Positions 37,102-50,100 of a stretch of DNA of 64,000 bases are shown here, one piece after another. The notes beneath the pieces were generated by a model that saw nothing but the letters and a program-made list of their open reading frames with translations, searched no databases and was not told where the DNA came from. This DNA comes from Felis catus (lineage: Eukaryota). Within the stretch, counting starts at the first letter, position 1. Each line of letters opens with the position of its first letter. Made by a program: the position numbers and the translations under genes. Where the stretch lies: positions 310,001-374,000 of the forward strand of contig NC_058383.1 in the NCBI RefSeq assembly GCF_018350175.1, in the 5' to 3' direction.

Positions 37102-40100
37102 AAAAAAACCAGCTTCTGTGGCCCCAGCGATCTTCCCACCAGGCACGCACTTTCAGCCTAATCAGAGCACCATGTCTGAGAACCGAGGGGACTGTGATCC
37201 CCACTGTCCTGGTTTATTACTGTCACCTCCCCATCGGAAGTTCAGGACCAGCAACGGAAAGGCCCAAGACACATAATAAATAGAGAGAATTTGCCTTTTC
37301 CCTCACCGGGTGCCCGTGTCTCTTGTCTGTCACACATGCTCGTCACCGTGCGCGACCAGGCACGGGCAGTGTATGCAGACCCACAAGGACGCCTGGATGA
37401 GGACTCACAGAGGCTGCCGGTTTGCAGCTTGCTCTGGCTCGGGGTTTGCCATCGTGCTGAACGGGGCCCCAGGAGGGTCCTGGTGGCAGCTGCTCGCCTG
37501 GGGAGTGAGGCGGCTTCCTGGCCACACGGCACCCTGCCTGACTGGTTAGGGGAACATGTTGGGCTTCCTCTGGTTGGTCTTGAGTCGGAAGTGATGGGAA
37601 GCAACGATTCAGGCTGACCCCTAACTTTGCAGCCGCTGAGCAGGTCCCGACCTCCTGGGCCAGTTGCTGCCAATGTGTGTGTGCGACCTCTCGGTCCTGC
37701 ATTGCGATCTGGCCGGGCCACACGTTGTCCACCGTCACACCTCTCTTGCAGGAAGAAGCCAGATCCGCCAGCCGTCCCAATTCAGGGTCCACTTGGAGGG
37801 AGTGCCCGTGTCGTCAGGCTGGTGCACCCAATCTTAAGGCACTGCCGGGGCCTGTCAAAGTCTAGGGTCTCTAACACAGTCCCTCAGACCCTGCAGAACT
37901 GTAGCGGCCTCTCTGGAGCCATCAGATGGGGCTGAGGAAAGGCCTGGGGGAGATTCTAGGCCCCCACCTTGGCAACTCCCTCGCGACTCTGCTGTGATTT
38001 TTAATCCACTTTTATGTAAAAACTTGTTGCAAATAGAGCATAAAATCATTGAATCCAAAACACTTCGATGTGAAAAACCAGGTTCAAAGGGGAAATGGAC
38101 TTGAGTTGCCCCCTGCCTCAGGGGGAGACCCTGTCTGTGAGATCTTTAAATGGAGCCTTCTGGAAAGCAAGTATCCTTAGGTCAATTCGGCCCTGTCCTG
38201 GTGCCTGAGAGCACAGGTGTATTCTCCCCTCTGCTCTGGCTGCCCCTCCCCTCCCCCCCCCCCCCAGAGCACCCTGGCTGTGTAGGGGCTCCTATGCATT
38301 GGGTGGGCATCAGATGCCTCCTGGCAGGGGATGCAATTTCCTCATTGTGTGGGTGCCGGCCTCACTTTTAATAGCACCCACACCATTACCAGGAGGAGGA
38401 AACGGGCCCACTTACTCTGTGCAGATAAGAATTCCATTAATGTTCTAAGAATTCCATTAACGGTCGCTCTGACCTTTGCTAATTCCAGCATCATTAGCCG
38501 TGCATACGTTTCAAAATCTCCTTAATGCCAAAACGCAGTAATGGGTGTCTGCTATGCTTGCTTAATGAGCCATAAAATGAACCAGTGGGTGATGTGTTTC
38601 TTGCCATCAAGCCCCTGGTTAAGTAATGGCCAGGCCGCTGGAATGAGGCTCTGCGTCCTGTCACCAGACAGCAGCTCAAGGCGCTGGCTCTTCTAATCAC
38701 AATTGATTAAAAGGTAAAAATATTTGCGTGCACACACCTTATTTCCCATATCCTAGAAATTCTTCTCAGTAATTAGTTTCTCCATCATCATTTGGGGAGA
38801 ATGTTAACATCATTGATCTTTGTTTAATTATGATAAATCCTCACAGGAGGCTCCCCACCGGCCAGGCCTCCCGCACCCCGACAGGCCCGCACCGCCTGCC
38901 GACAGGTCCTCACGCCCACTGTCAACCTCCCCGCTCAGACCCGCCTGGCTGCTGTCCCACCAGCCACCATCCCCAACTCTGTGTTGGCAAAACCTGTGTC
39001 TTTTCCTCAAGGGGAAACATGTACCCGAAATTCTGATGCTCAAACAATACTCTTCTACGTTTGCTCACATCAAATAACATCCTCAGTGTGTGGGGACATT
39101 TTAAGTGATTTCCTTCTTAGTGCACACGTAATACTATTTTCACAGATAACGGCACTATTTTCTCAAGATCTGAGTCATTTTGGAAACCGTCGCATTGTAC
39201 TCTGGTAACTTCGAAGTTCAAGATTCACCTCCCATCCCTCCGGTGCTGGGATACCCTTTTCCCTGCTCCATCTAACTTTACCAGGTAACGCCACAGACAT
39301 CTTTAAGAATGGAAGCTTGCCTGTTTGTAGTTGCTATTATGTGTTTGTTTCTCTCTTCAGTTGAGTAATGTCTTTACAGGGGTGATGGAGACGAATAGCT
39401 TGAAGGGGTCAGATTTACAAAAAGGTGCAGGTCTGCAGCGTGGGTTCCTTCTGCAAGGAACAGGGGTCAGATAGGGTTGTTCTCACCCCTGTGTTTTATG
39501 ACCTCCTCCCAGGCGTCAGCTACCCTGTGCAGTGCCCCCCCCACCCCCCACTTTGCGTGGCCAGGACCCAGGGACTTGCTTCCAACGGCTGGCTGGCTCT
39601 CTCTTGAAGAATGCGTCTGGGGCCTCTCTCTCCCCCTCTCCCTCCGCTTGCTCCCTCTGAGGAAGCCCCTGTCCTGCTGATGGAGAGACCCAAATGGCAG
39701 GGAGCTGAGGGCAGCATCTCCAGGGGCCCGGGGCTCTGATGGAGGTGCTGAGCGTCCAGCACGGAGGCCAAGCTGTGGCCAGGCTGGGGTTAGGGGCTGG
39801 TCTGCCTTCCCTGACCGCAGGCCTGCAGGGGTGATTCCAAAGGGGCACCTCCCTCCCTCTCCAAGACCCTGTCAGGAGCCACACGTGGTGATCTGACCCC
39901 AGGCAGAGGCAGTTTCTCACACCTGAGAGTCTCTTTCTCTGGGCTTCTTGGCCCTGGCTTCGCTCTATAAGCAGAGTTGGAGCACTCCCCACTTCCCCCG
40001 CCAGGCTGGTGTGAGGGGACAGGGCATCTCAGAGAGCCAGTATACAGTAGGTGTTCAACGTATGTCAGCCCCCAGCCCCCCCACCCGCCCCACGCATCTA

Positions 40101-43100
40101 CCCCCCGGGGCCTGACGACTTTGCACACCCCTCTTTCACGTCAGACTGTGGACGCAGTCGTCCGCTCCTAGGCCACCTCGCAGCTGCTCTGGGATGGCTG
40201 TTCACTTATCACAGGGGGTGAGTGGGCCGGAGGGTCAGTCAAAGGCCTCCAGGTATGGGCAAGGCCACCATCAGCCCCAGAGGACTCTTTCCAAGGGTCA
40301 GGGTTGGGAGGCCACGTAGTCAAAGGTGAGGGGAGCCGGTGGGTCCGGGGGCTGGATGGTTTGCCTGCCGTCCTGTCGTGGCTTCTCCTCTGTTCTCCTT
40401 CCCAGGGCCTGAAGCCAGACGATGCACTGAAGGGGCAGTGGGGGAAGAGAAGTGGGGTGTGGACGCAGGTGTGCCAGGGGAGAGCCAGCCCCTCCAGACT
40501 CACTGGGCCTCGCCGACTGAGACCCGCTGCCCTAATGCCCCCACCCGCGAGCCTGGGCTTACTCGCGTCAGAGCTGCTCCGGGACGGGGGGCGGACGCCC
40601 GCCCTTCCGGGTGCGGCTGGGGCCTCCTGATCCTTGCAGAGGAGGCTGATTCTCAGGTTGTGCACGCACACACACGCCCACTCACGTGCACTCGAGCGCA
40701 CGTGCCTGCATGCGTACACGCAGGTAAACGCGCACGTGTGTGCACCAGAGACCGCGTTCCTCATTCCCTGGGCACCTCCCACAGGGGCTCGTCCTAATTC
40801 CCTGTGACAGGATGGTGACAGGGGTGCAGACTGCAAGGTCTCAGGGCTGCTCAGGAGACGCCTCGCTGTGCGGCCGGGCGCCCGCGGCCGCCTGTTCTCG
40901 CTGCTCCCCTGCCCATCAGGCGCCCAGGACCCGGGCTCACTCCCTGACTAGCCTGGGCACCTGCCTGGCCTGGCTGGCCTCAGTTTACCCACTTGTGCAG
41001 TGAGCAGATGGGCCCGAGTGACACCGGGGCCGCTTCAGCTCCCACGGTGGAGGACTCGACCCCACGCTGCCGAAATCCTGGCCGGTTTTTCCTGCTTCCC
41101 TGTGGTTTTCTGACAAAGAGGGGCTAGGACTTGCTATTTTTGCAAAAGGCCTGAACGCAATTGTTAAAAATAGAAATAATGAGGGAGAGCAGAAGCTTCT
41201 GCCCTTGAGTCAGGAGGCCAGGACGGGCTCCCAGCGCCCTCCCCGGCGCGTGATGGTAGATGATGGTCGCGCTGCATGTGTCCTTAGCTCATTTATCCTT
41301 GGCCTAGAGAGAGAAAGTTTCTGCCTGCTTTTTGCTGGTTTTTTTTGGAAGGCTGGAAGGGTGCTTCAGGCCCAGTAGCTTTGCCTGCTCTGCACTGTTT
41401 TGGGTGCTCTCTGGCTGGCAGTGCTGGGGGGCGTGCCGGGTCCTCATGCCTCCTGTTCTGGCCAGAAGCCAGACCCCAGCAGACGTCTGGCTACGTGCCA
41501 GGAATGCCCCCCCCCACCCCCCGCATCTTTCTGCTCTCCTGAACTGCCTCAGCCCCCTGCAAAGGGACCATGACGGCTAGGGACCCTCCAGCACCCTTGG
41601 GAGGCTGTGTGTCAGGCCGCCCTCCCCCATGTCCCTCACAAAGGCTGTGTAGGGCAGGGCCAGGGAAGTGGCAGGACCCCAGCATCTGGCTGCTGCAGGC
41701 CTCATATCTTTTGAAGACGCCAGAGAGGTTTGCATCTGGAAGGGGCCTCAGCATCCCTCCTACCCGGGCACAGGGGCGGGGGGGGGGGGGGCGTCAGGAC
41801 ACCAGCCTCTTTCCGTTCTCCCTCACACACACTGCCACTTCTCCCAGACAAGAGGAGCCCCCACCCCATAGAGAGAGGCAGGCGGTCTTCAGAGAGGTTG
41901 GCATCCAGCACCCGGAACTGAGCTGCGATGCTGCCCCACGCGGGACTCAGGTCTGCAGGGATGTAGAGGTCCTTCTGCAAACTCTAGGACGGTCCTCAGG
42001 GCTCACGGTTGTACCTCTACCTCCAGGTGCTGAGATGGGGACAGATTCAGGGGGAAACAAGTCAAAAGACTTTGCTGCAAGCCTCAGGGTGTGGAGAAGG
42101 GTATGCAGATGCGGCCAGAAGGTACAGATCCATGCAGGAGAGCAGGTGAGGCACCCTGGCCGGAGGGAGCACAAGGGTGTGTTTTGGAGACGGGGTGGGC
42201 ACGTTTGATGTTTTGTCTTTTACAAGCTACTCCAGTGCGGGTTCTGGACCAGTCCCAGGAGCTGCCTACGATAGCTGATTGTACCTGTCTGCTGTGGCCA
42301 TGGGGACACTGGCATGGACGTCCCCTGCCGTCCTGCTTCCCTAGCTTCTGCGTACTTCACGATCCCCTTGTGTGTGCACCTATGTGTGTGCGTGTAGGTG
42401 CAAAAGTGCTATGCATGCATGTGTCTGAGCGTGCATAAATGTGCACACGTGCACACCACAAATTTGCCTGTGGGTGCAGGTGTGAGCGTGCCTGTGTGCA
42501 CCCATATATGACACTTGTAGGGGTTGTGGCCTGCTCCTGTTCCCAGAGTGGAAACCAAGGCTTTGGCCCATAGAGTTGGGCCGGGGTCTGGGGTCCCCTC
42601 CTGTCCAGGGGCTTCTGGCCCACCTGCCGTGCCACAGCGCTTCCCTCCAATCATGGTGCATCCCGCACCCCAGCCCAGGGACAGGCAGACAGAAGGTGCA
42701 AGGACGGACGCAATGGGCCCGAAGAGGGGACGTGCACCAGTGTGAGCTCAGCAGGCAGGCTGGACGCAGGCGGGATTTGCTGGGCTGGACCCCTACGTGG
42801 CTGCTCATCTTCCCAACAGAGACTCTGAGGCTGGGTCCTCTCCCCTCTGAGAAGGCCAGCGGTAGAGGGTCTGGCTGCCCACCGTCCTGGCCCTGGATGT
42901 GGCTCCAAGTACGGAGGGTCTCTGCCTACCCTCCTGCCCGCTCTGCACGGCCTCGCAGGGAACAACATGGGCTCTGGGGTCCTCGGTTTCCTCGCCTCAG
43001 GTGGGGTGAGGGTACCCACCTATGAGGTGTCCTGTGACATAACCGAGTGGAAGGCACCCCACATCACACACAGAAGGCATGCACTAGGCACACTGGATGC

Positions 43101-43544
43101 TAACTCCCAGGTCCACACTGCCTGGCCTCCTTCGGCCTCTGGCCACGTGGTGCCTCCTGCCTTCAGCCAGGGCCCTCCCCCAGCACACCGGTGCCAAGCT
43201 GCACCCCAGGCTGTGGAAGACGGAGGAGCCCAGCCTGTGACCTGCTCAGGGCCCGGCTGAGCGAGGACGGAGGGGGACCGAGAAGGAGGAGAGAGAGGCG
43301 AGCGAAGATCAGGCAGGCTCACGATGCCTAGACACTGGGAAGAGGCCCTTGAAGCATGTATAGGAGCTCACCAGGAAGGTGAGTGGACGGCCCACCAAGC
43401 CACGGGCCAGAGTAAACAAAGGCCCTGGGTCCCCGGAGCCTGGTGAGGGCCTTCTGAGGTTTCCTGCTGGCTTCCTGCTCTTGGCACCAAATGGATTTCA
43501 GCAAACACAGGCTTTGTGAGTTCTCAGTTTCTTAATTAAAAAAA

Positions 43545-43691
43545 ATTTTTTTTAAACATTTATTCATTTTTAAGAGAGAGAGAGAGAGAGAGAGAGTGAG
43601 AGCATGAGTGGGGGAGGGTCAGAGAGAGAGGGAGACACAGAATCCAAAGCAGGCTCCAGGCCCCGAGCTGTCCGCACGGAGCCCACCGTGG
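43545..43691 (-). mobile_element. 5'-truncated Can-SINE (left arm of fused inverted pair)
   Basis: polyT, (GA)n, then gggagacacagaatccaaagcaggctccagg...gagcccaccgtggg; head absent. Confidence 0.9.
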
Positions 43692-43874
43692 GCCATGATT
43701 CTCGTGGTTTGTGAGTTCCGGTCCCACGTCGGGCTCTGTGAGAACCGCTCCGAGCCTGGAGCTTCTTCGGATTCTGTGTCTCCCTCTCTCTGCCCCCACC
43801 CCCATGCATGTCTCTCTCTCAAAAATAAACATTTAAAAAATAATAAATAAACATTTTTTAAAAAGAAAGAAAAA
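43692..43874 (+). mobile_element. 5'-truncated Can-SINE (right arm of fused inverted pair)
   Basis: Starts at catgattctcgtggtttgtgagttc and runs to the A tail; A-box head absent. Confidence 0.9.
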
Positions 43875-44022
43875 CGAAGAGACCCCAGAGAGCCCTTCTG
43901 TCCTGTCGGCCACGTGAGGGCACAGGGGGAAGACAGCAGTATAGTGATCAGGACGTGAGTCCTCACCAGACGTCAAATATGGGGGGTGGCGACTTGATCT
44001 CGGACGTCCAACCTCCAGCCAC
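43875..44022 (+). mobile_element. MLT1A-like MaLR LTR fragment lacking its 5' part
   Basis: aagagaccccagagagccc...ccacgtgagggcacag...cctcaccagac...cttgatctcggacgtccaacctccag. Confidence 0.7.
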
Positions 44023-47000
44023 CTGAGTGGACTCGGACCCCTGCTTAGGCACCCTGCCCGGAGCCGGGCCAGCCCGTGCCCACCGCGCTGGCCCTGCGGG
44101 CAAAGCAGGAGCTGCAGGGAGGTGCAGACAGTGGCAATAACCCTTCCTGCGGACCTGGGTCTCACCGCCCGGTTTACCTACAGAAACCCTGAGGGGTGGC
44201 GGAGCTCGGGGCCAGAGCGTAGAAGGCAGGACGGACAGTCGGCCTCTTTCACATTCACTGATTTTAGTCTGTTAAGTTTTTAAAATGGCATCGACCAGAT
44301 TCCAAACACCGACTTTGTCCCTGGTTCATCAAGCAGGATTGGGTCCGTGGTGCGGGCTCGGGCCGGGCCGGGCCGGGCCGCTGCACAGGGCCGCCCCCCT
44401 CCCTCTGGGGTCTCCCCAGTGGTGGTGCCACATCACAGTCCAAAGGCCAGGGCCCTTCTGCAAGCTGCATGGTTCCAGTGGTCACCTCCCAGGAAGTCGG
44501 GAATGCATGCCCCCCAGCTGCCACCTGGGCCTCAGCCGCCCTGCAGTGCTGGCCTGTGGCCAAACCCAAGGCCAGAATCAGAGCAGAGCAATTCCAGATC
44601 CCTGGGCAGCCCGTGCTGGGAAGGCCGGACTCCAAAACTCCTGGCTTCCCCCAAGCCCGTCGGCAGAGTGAGGTGTGTGGGCAGCCGAGGGGAACCAGCC
44701 CTGGAGCACAGGGACCTGGACCCAAAGGCGTCAGCCTTGCTGTGGAGTCACTGTGGGCGTCCCGCGTGCCTCCACCCCTTGGCCCTGCACCTCCACTTTC
44801 CTTTTCCTGTATCTATGTCTAAATTGTTGCGGCCTCTGGGAACATCCAAGTCTCTGCACCTGCATTCTCAAGATTGCCTTAAGGGCACCGGCGTGGACCA
44901 TGGTCAGATCCCATCTGGGGGACAGCCAGGAGCAGGCTCTGCTCAGAGTGATGGGAAGAGAGGTCACCCGGCCATGGGTGGGGAGGGTGGTCTGGGAGGT
45001 TCAGGGCAGGGAGCCAGCAGGGGAGTGACAGGAGAGAACGGGCTCTTTGGGCTTGACCACTAGACACAGGCCTGAATTGGAAGAGCTCAACAAACAGGAA
45101 TTGATTTCGCCTCCCGATAGACAGAGGAGGTTGGTCAGCTCGGTCCATGCAGATGGCCACTGGGCAGGGGAGGAAGGAGGAAGGACAAAGACCTCAGTGC
45201 GGGGCCCTCGGGTTGGGGGGGGGGGGTGGCAGCCAATCCCCGCGGAGGCCGGCCCGCCTCAGGGCTGTGCCTCAGGGCTGTGCCCAGATTCAGGGGCACC
45301 AGCAGCTGTTCTGCTGCACTGACTCCACTGGCAGGAAAACAGACTGGGAAATGGACCTCAGTCAGTGTCGTCCGGGGACCCCTACTCAAGGCCAGACCTG
45401 CAGGCTGTGCCCGCTGCACCCGCTCAGGTGCCCCCGGCCGCAGGGCAGCGCCACAGCCCTATTACCATAGCGATAATGCAGAGGTGTGATAAAAGCCACC
45501 TGTCATTCATAAAACGTGGCGTCGCCTTTTTGCAAAGCCATAAGCCATCCTGGGGCTCAGCCAAGAAACGGCCTATAAAATCCTGAGTAATGACCTCAAA
45601 GCATACTTTCCAATATAAGGAATATTCTAGGCAGCTGTTTGCAGAATATTTATGTGCAATAACTTTACACCCCCCGACTTTTAACATGTTCATAGTCTGA
45701 CTCCCTCCCCCAGCAGCTCCCCCCCCCCCCAACCTTAGTAGCAGTAAAGCATCCAGAATGTGCTTGACAGTCCTGGGAGCACAGGGCCCTGTCCCCTGGG
45801 TGACAAGTGGCAGTGCTGTGCTCAGGTGCAGTGCCCTTTGCCATCGGATGCCTCGGCACGGCAGGGGCCTAGCAGAATGCCAGCTGTCTTCGGGATCTCC
45901 AAGTTACCAGGGAGGAGGAGCTCAGCCCTGTCCTGAATCTGTTCCTACGGTAACGCTGGGAACAGCAGGTTTTGTCTGGGTTGGACGAGGGTGGGCATCC
46001 TCCCTGGCGAGGGCTGGGGGGGGGGGGACCCCTTCGGATCACGTGCCCCAGACAGAGCCTGAGGTGTGCAGAGGACAGGGAGCCTCAGGAGGAGGGCCCA
46101 CCTCGGGCTTGCACCCAACAACTGGAGGAGACCCGGAACTTTCGTGATTTGGCCAGGAGGCTGTCAGTACTGGCTGCGTTACCCGAAGCCATTGCTGTGA
46201 CAGGGGAGGGGCGGAGGGGGGCTGCAGTGCACCTGAAGCAGCTGCAGGGGTCACTGCTCCCCAGGGAGGACTGGACAACCCCACACCTGCTGGGGTATCA
46301 GCATGGGGCTTTTGCTCCAGACCTGGGCATTCAAAAGCTCCGAAGAAGATGTTTTGTTGTAATTTCGTCTCTCTCTTGAATCTCGCATTTGCCTCCAAAT
46401 ATCAGACTTTATTTGTCTGATATCTGAATTTTCATGTCTAATTGGCAAACCTATAAATTACATTATGCATAAAATAGCGTATGGCAAATGCCTTTTAATT
46501 CCAAGTAATGTCTTTCCAAAATTATTCCCCTCTACGCAGGAAAAGATGGAATGATCACTGGCAACTTGGAGATAAACCTGTCTTGCAAGTTCTATCCAGT
46601 TTGGCCTTCTTCACTCAGATCAGCAAGCGATCATGGACATCAGAGTGATGTCCTCAATGTTGAGAGGAAGGAGACAGTCTGATTAAAAACATACTCAATT
46701 ACTCTGTCCCGTCTTCCCCCAGACCCCTGGGGAACAGCAGGGATCTGACACCACCAGACTCTTACAACTCTGTGTCCTCCCCTCTGCTTTCTGTGAGGCC
46801 TCTGCAGGACCTAGAACACGGCGCAGGTGTCCTGGTGGCGCTTCACCGAGGCTCTGTGTGTGCTTACTAGAGGCGAACAGCTCCCACATGACTGCACTCA
46901 GCTGAAAGCCTTCATTTAGGAAGCAGGAAAGCCAGAGCAATCGCTTGTGTTCATAAAGCATCCCCTGTGCTACGCGCAGGGCTAAGCCCCGGCCACTCAG

Positions 47001-49019
47001 AGCTCTGGCTCTCCGTTGGACACGTGGAGCCCACTCTCCAGCACCCTTCCCAAAGCCCTGGGAGGGGGAGGGGTATACCTGCCCACCATCGCTCGGGGCA
47101 GAAGCCACGGCTCAGAAAGCCAAGCGATGGCCGGGTGTGGACCTGGCTCATCTGGCCCAGGGCCTTGCCCCCAACGACCCACCAAGGCAACGGAGAGGTG
47201 CTCTAAGCGTAGGGACTGAGCCGCGTGGGAACGGAGGGGTCTGAGCACCGGCAGCAGCGTGTGAGAGGCACCAAGTGAATGGCTTCCTTGCCGCACCGCG
47301 AGGCGTGAACGTCCCCTTCCAGAGCGGGGCCACCGAGGCCCGAGAGACGTCTGCACACACTCAGCGTCACTTTGCCAGTGAGGGACGGGCCAGGCTTAGC
47401 CCACTGCAGGACTCCCCACTCGCCTGCTGGCCTGGTTGTCCCACAGGACAACCGCCCTGTTGTGGGGCTTGAACTCCCGCCCCAAGGAATATGCAGCTGT
47501 GGGAGGCAGTTGTGTGAGCCACGGGCCCCGGCTCTCTTGCAGGAAGTAACAGCGGCAGTAAAACCCGCTCTGTTTGGGCGACTTACCGTGTGCGAGCCGC
47601 TGTGGGTGGCTGTCCGCTGGGCCCACCGCCACCCCTCTCTTCTTCCGGGCTGCGTTTGGAGCAGTGTGCGTTTGGAGCACCGGTGATGTGGCCCCAGTAC
47701 GGGCCCGCCCCTTGTGCCTGCAGGGTTAGGACCCCTCTCCCACCCCTGAGGCGGCCGGGTCTACTGTGTCCCTGGGCCCTTCCCGGCAGGTCTCCAGGCA
47801 CGAACTGCCTGCCAGACAAGGGAGGAGGCCTCAGTGCCTGAGGCCCCTTCCCACCGGGTCCTGGCTTTGCAGGGTCCTGCTGAGGGCTCAGGGAGCAGAG
47901 GCCCCGGCTGTTTTTCGAAACGTTTCAAATCATCATGATCTGCGGGCTTCAAAGTTCAGTCACGGCTGTAAGAGTCTTCCTGGGATGGGTTCCAGGTGAC
48001 AGGATCATGTGGGGTCCCGGCCTCCCGCAGAGTCACCTTGGGGGATGACACTCACCGAGGCGGCGAGGTTCACACGGGGCCTCGGGAGAGGAAAGAGAGC
48101 ACAACAGAGGGAAGGCCGTGCAAGGCAACCTCTAGCAACAGGGGCCACTTTGGCCAGAGCAGACGTCAGCCTGGTCCCGGCCCCGCTGACCCACGGACCC
48201 AACAGACTCCGAAGAGACCCTCAGCCACGTCCTCCTTCCTTCCCGTCTTCAGGGGCTGACAGTGTGGACTCTGGGATCTTCACGTGACCATGAATTACCC
48301 GCTAGCGGCCGAGCGGTCACTGAGTGTGTTTTCCACGGCCAGAGGGTGATACACCGTGAGAATCTTCCAGCGCCTCGAATGTGTGCTCTCCGCCAGAGCC
48401 GGGGGAAGAGCCCTGGGCCGTGGCCCGCGTACGAACTCGGTGCCTCCCTGGGAGGCACGGTCTCAGACCGGTCCCTCGGCGCTGGTTTCGCCCTGCGATT
48501 GGGAATTACGGCTGCTTCTTCCTTCACCGTCACCAATTTACTCTGCTGGGGGCAGCTTGTCAACCGTCAGTGAGCACGTTCTATACTTGTAACCTGGAAT
48601 GCTCCAATAACTTTTTTAAGACCCACATACTGAGTACGGGACTGCACCTGCCTGCCTGTGTGGCTAGGACCACGCTCCCTGCTTCTGCCCCCACGAAGCT
48701 CTCCACTGGCTCTATTTCCCCCCAAGGCAAATTGTATACATTCTAGAGCATCGTTTTATCACAGAAGCTCACTTTCCTCCATAATAGAGTACAGACACAA
48801 GGTGTGGTCAAGGTCCCTTAAGATCGCTTCACCAGCATCGAGTTCCAGCTTCCTTCCTCGTGTAGATGGTGATGGGAAGCTCAGGTCTGGCCCTGCCGGG
48901 CTGAGAGCAGGGGGGCAGACACACAGCAAATCTTTTCATCATGCTCCTTCCTAGGTGGGTGACAATTAAGTGATGTGACTAAATATGTAGAAAGGAAATG
49001 AAAACTGAGGTCTCACATA

Positions 49020-50100
49020 CATGATGTCAGGTGATGACAGACTATGCAGAACAAGGAAGCAGGGTGAGAGGCATCAAGTGAAGGCAAGGGGGCAAGACTT
49101 GACATTAAAATGGAGATCTAGGGGTGCCTGGGTGGCTCAGCCGGTTAAGCGTCCGACTTCGGCTCAGGTCATGATCTCATGGTCTGTGGGTTCGAGCCCC
49201 GCGTCGGGCTCCGTGCTGACAGCTCAGAGCCTGGAGCCTGCTTCTGATTCTGTCTCCCTCTCTCTCTGACCCTCCCCCACTCATGCTCTGTCTCTCTCTG
49301 CCTCAGAAATAAATAAACATTAAAAAAATAATAATAATAATAAAATAAATAAAATGGAGATCTAAAAGAAGTGAGGGAGAAGCCCACAGATGTCTGGGCA
49401 AATAGTCCCTCAATGGCACCTGTAAAGGCCCTGGGGTGGACGCCTGCTTGCCTAGGAAGTAGAGGAGAAAGAAGTACAAGAGAAATCAAAGAGGTGGGGA
49501 GGAGACAGGTTCTTGACAGCCTTGCAGGCCACGGCCAGTGCTTTGGATGCAGAGCAAATGAAGGGCTTTGAGCAGAAAACCCACCTATTCGATTTGTCTC
49601 AATACGATCACTCTGATGCCAAATGCAGCATGCAGTGGAGGTCAGGAGGGCAGGGAAGAGGCAGTCCCAACGGTCCAGCCATCAGTGGCAACTTCAGGAA
49701 GCAGTGGAGGTGGTGAGGACCTGTGTTGAAAACTGCGTTAGCAAGATTTATGTTCAGGATGATTCCAGCATCTTTTGGCCCAGGTAAATATTTCACTAGG
49801 AGGAATATGGCGTGTGTGTGGCGGGGGCGGGATCTTGGACATGCTGGGTTTGAGATGTTCCTGCCACCCAAGGTCAGAGAGCCAGTTGGACATCAGTTCT
49901 GCAGATGTGGACGTGGGGTGCCAGTGCACCAATGATATTTAGTGGGACTGGAGACCAGGGTGCATGGGGCTGGGGGACTGGAGACCAGGGGTGCGTGGAG
50001 ACGGGGGTCCTGGGACTGAGCTGGTGTCTCCAGGTGCAGGAGCCTGGCAATCACACTGGCCCAGGAGGGTGGCAGAGAAGGAGCAGAGGGAGGTAGGAGG
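49020..50100 (-). mobile_element. L2 element interrupted by a SINE
   Basis: aaaggccctgggg, gccttgcaggccacgg, gaagggctttgagcag, gatcactctg and ttggacatgctgggtttgagatg occur in antisense L2 order. Confidence 0.65.
49121..49349 (+). mobile_element. Can-SINE (SINEC_Fc-type)
   Basis: 15-bp TSD taaaatggagatcta. Confidence 0.95.

Noticed and set aside
45609..45620. CArG (SRF) box ccaatataagg
   Set aside because: Has seven A/T bases between CC and GG instead of six.
3570..49349. tRNA-like A/B boxes at multiple positions
   Set aside because: All are Can-SINE heads followed by CT tracts and A tails with TSDs, not tRNA genes.
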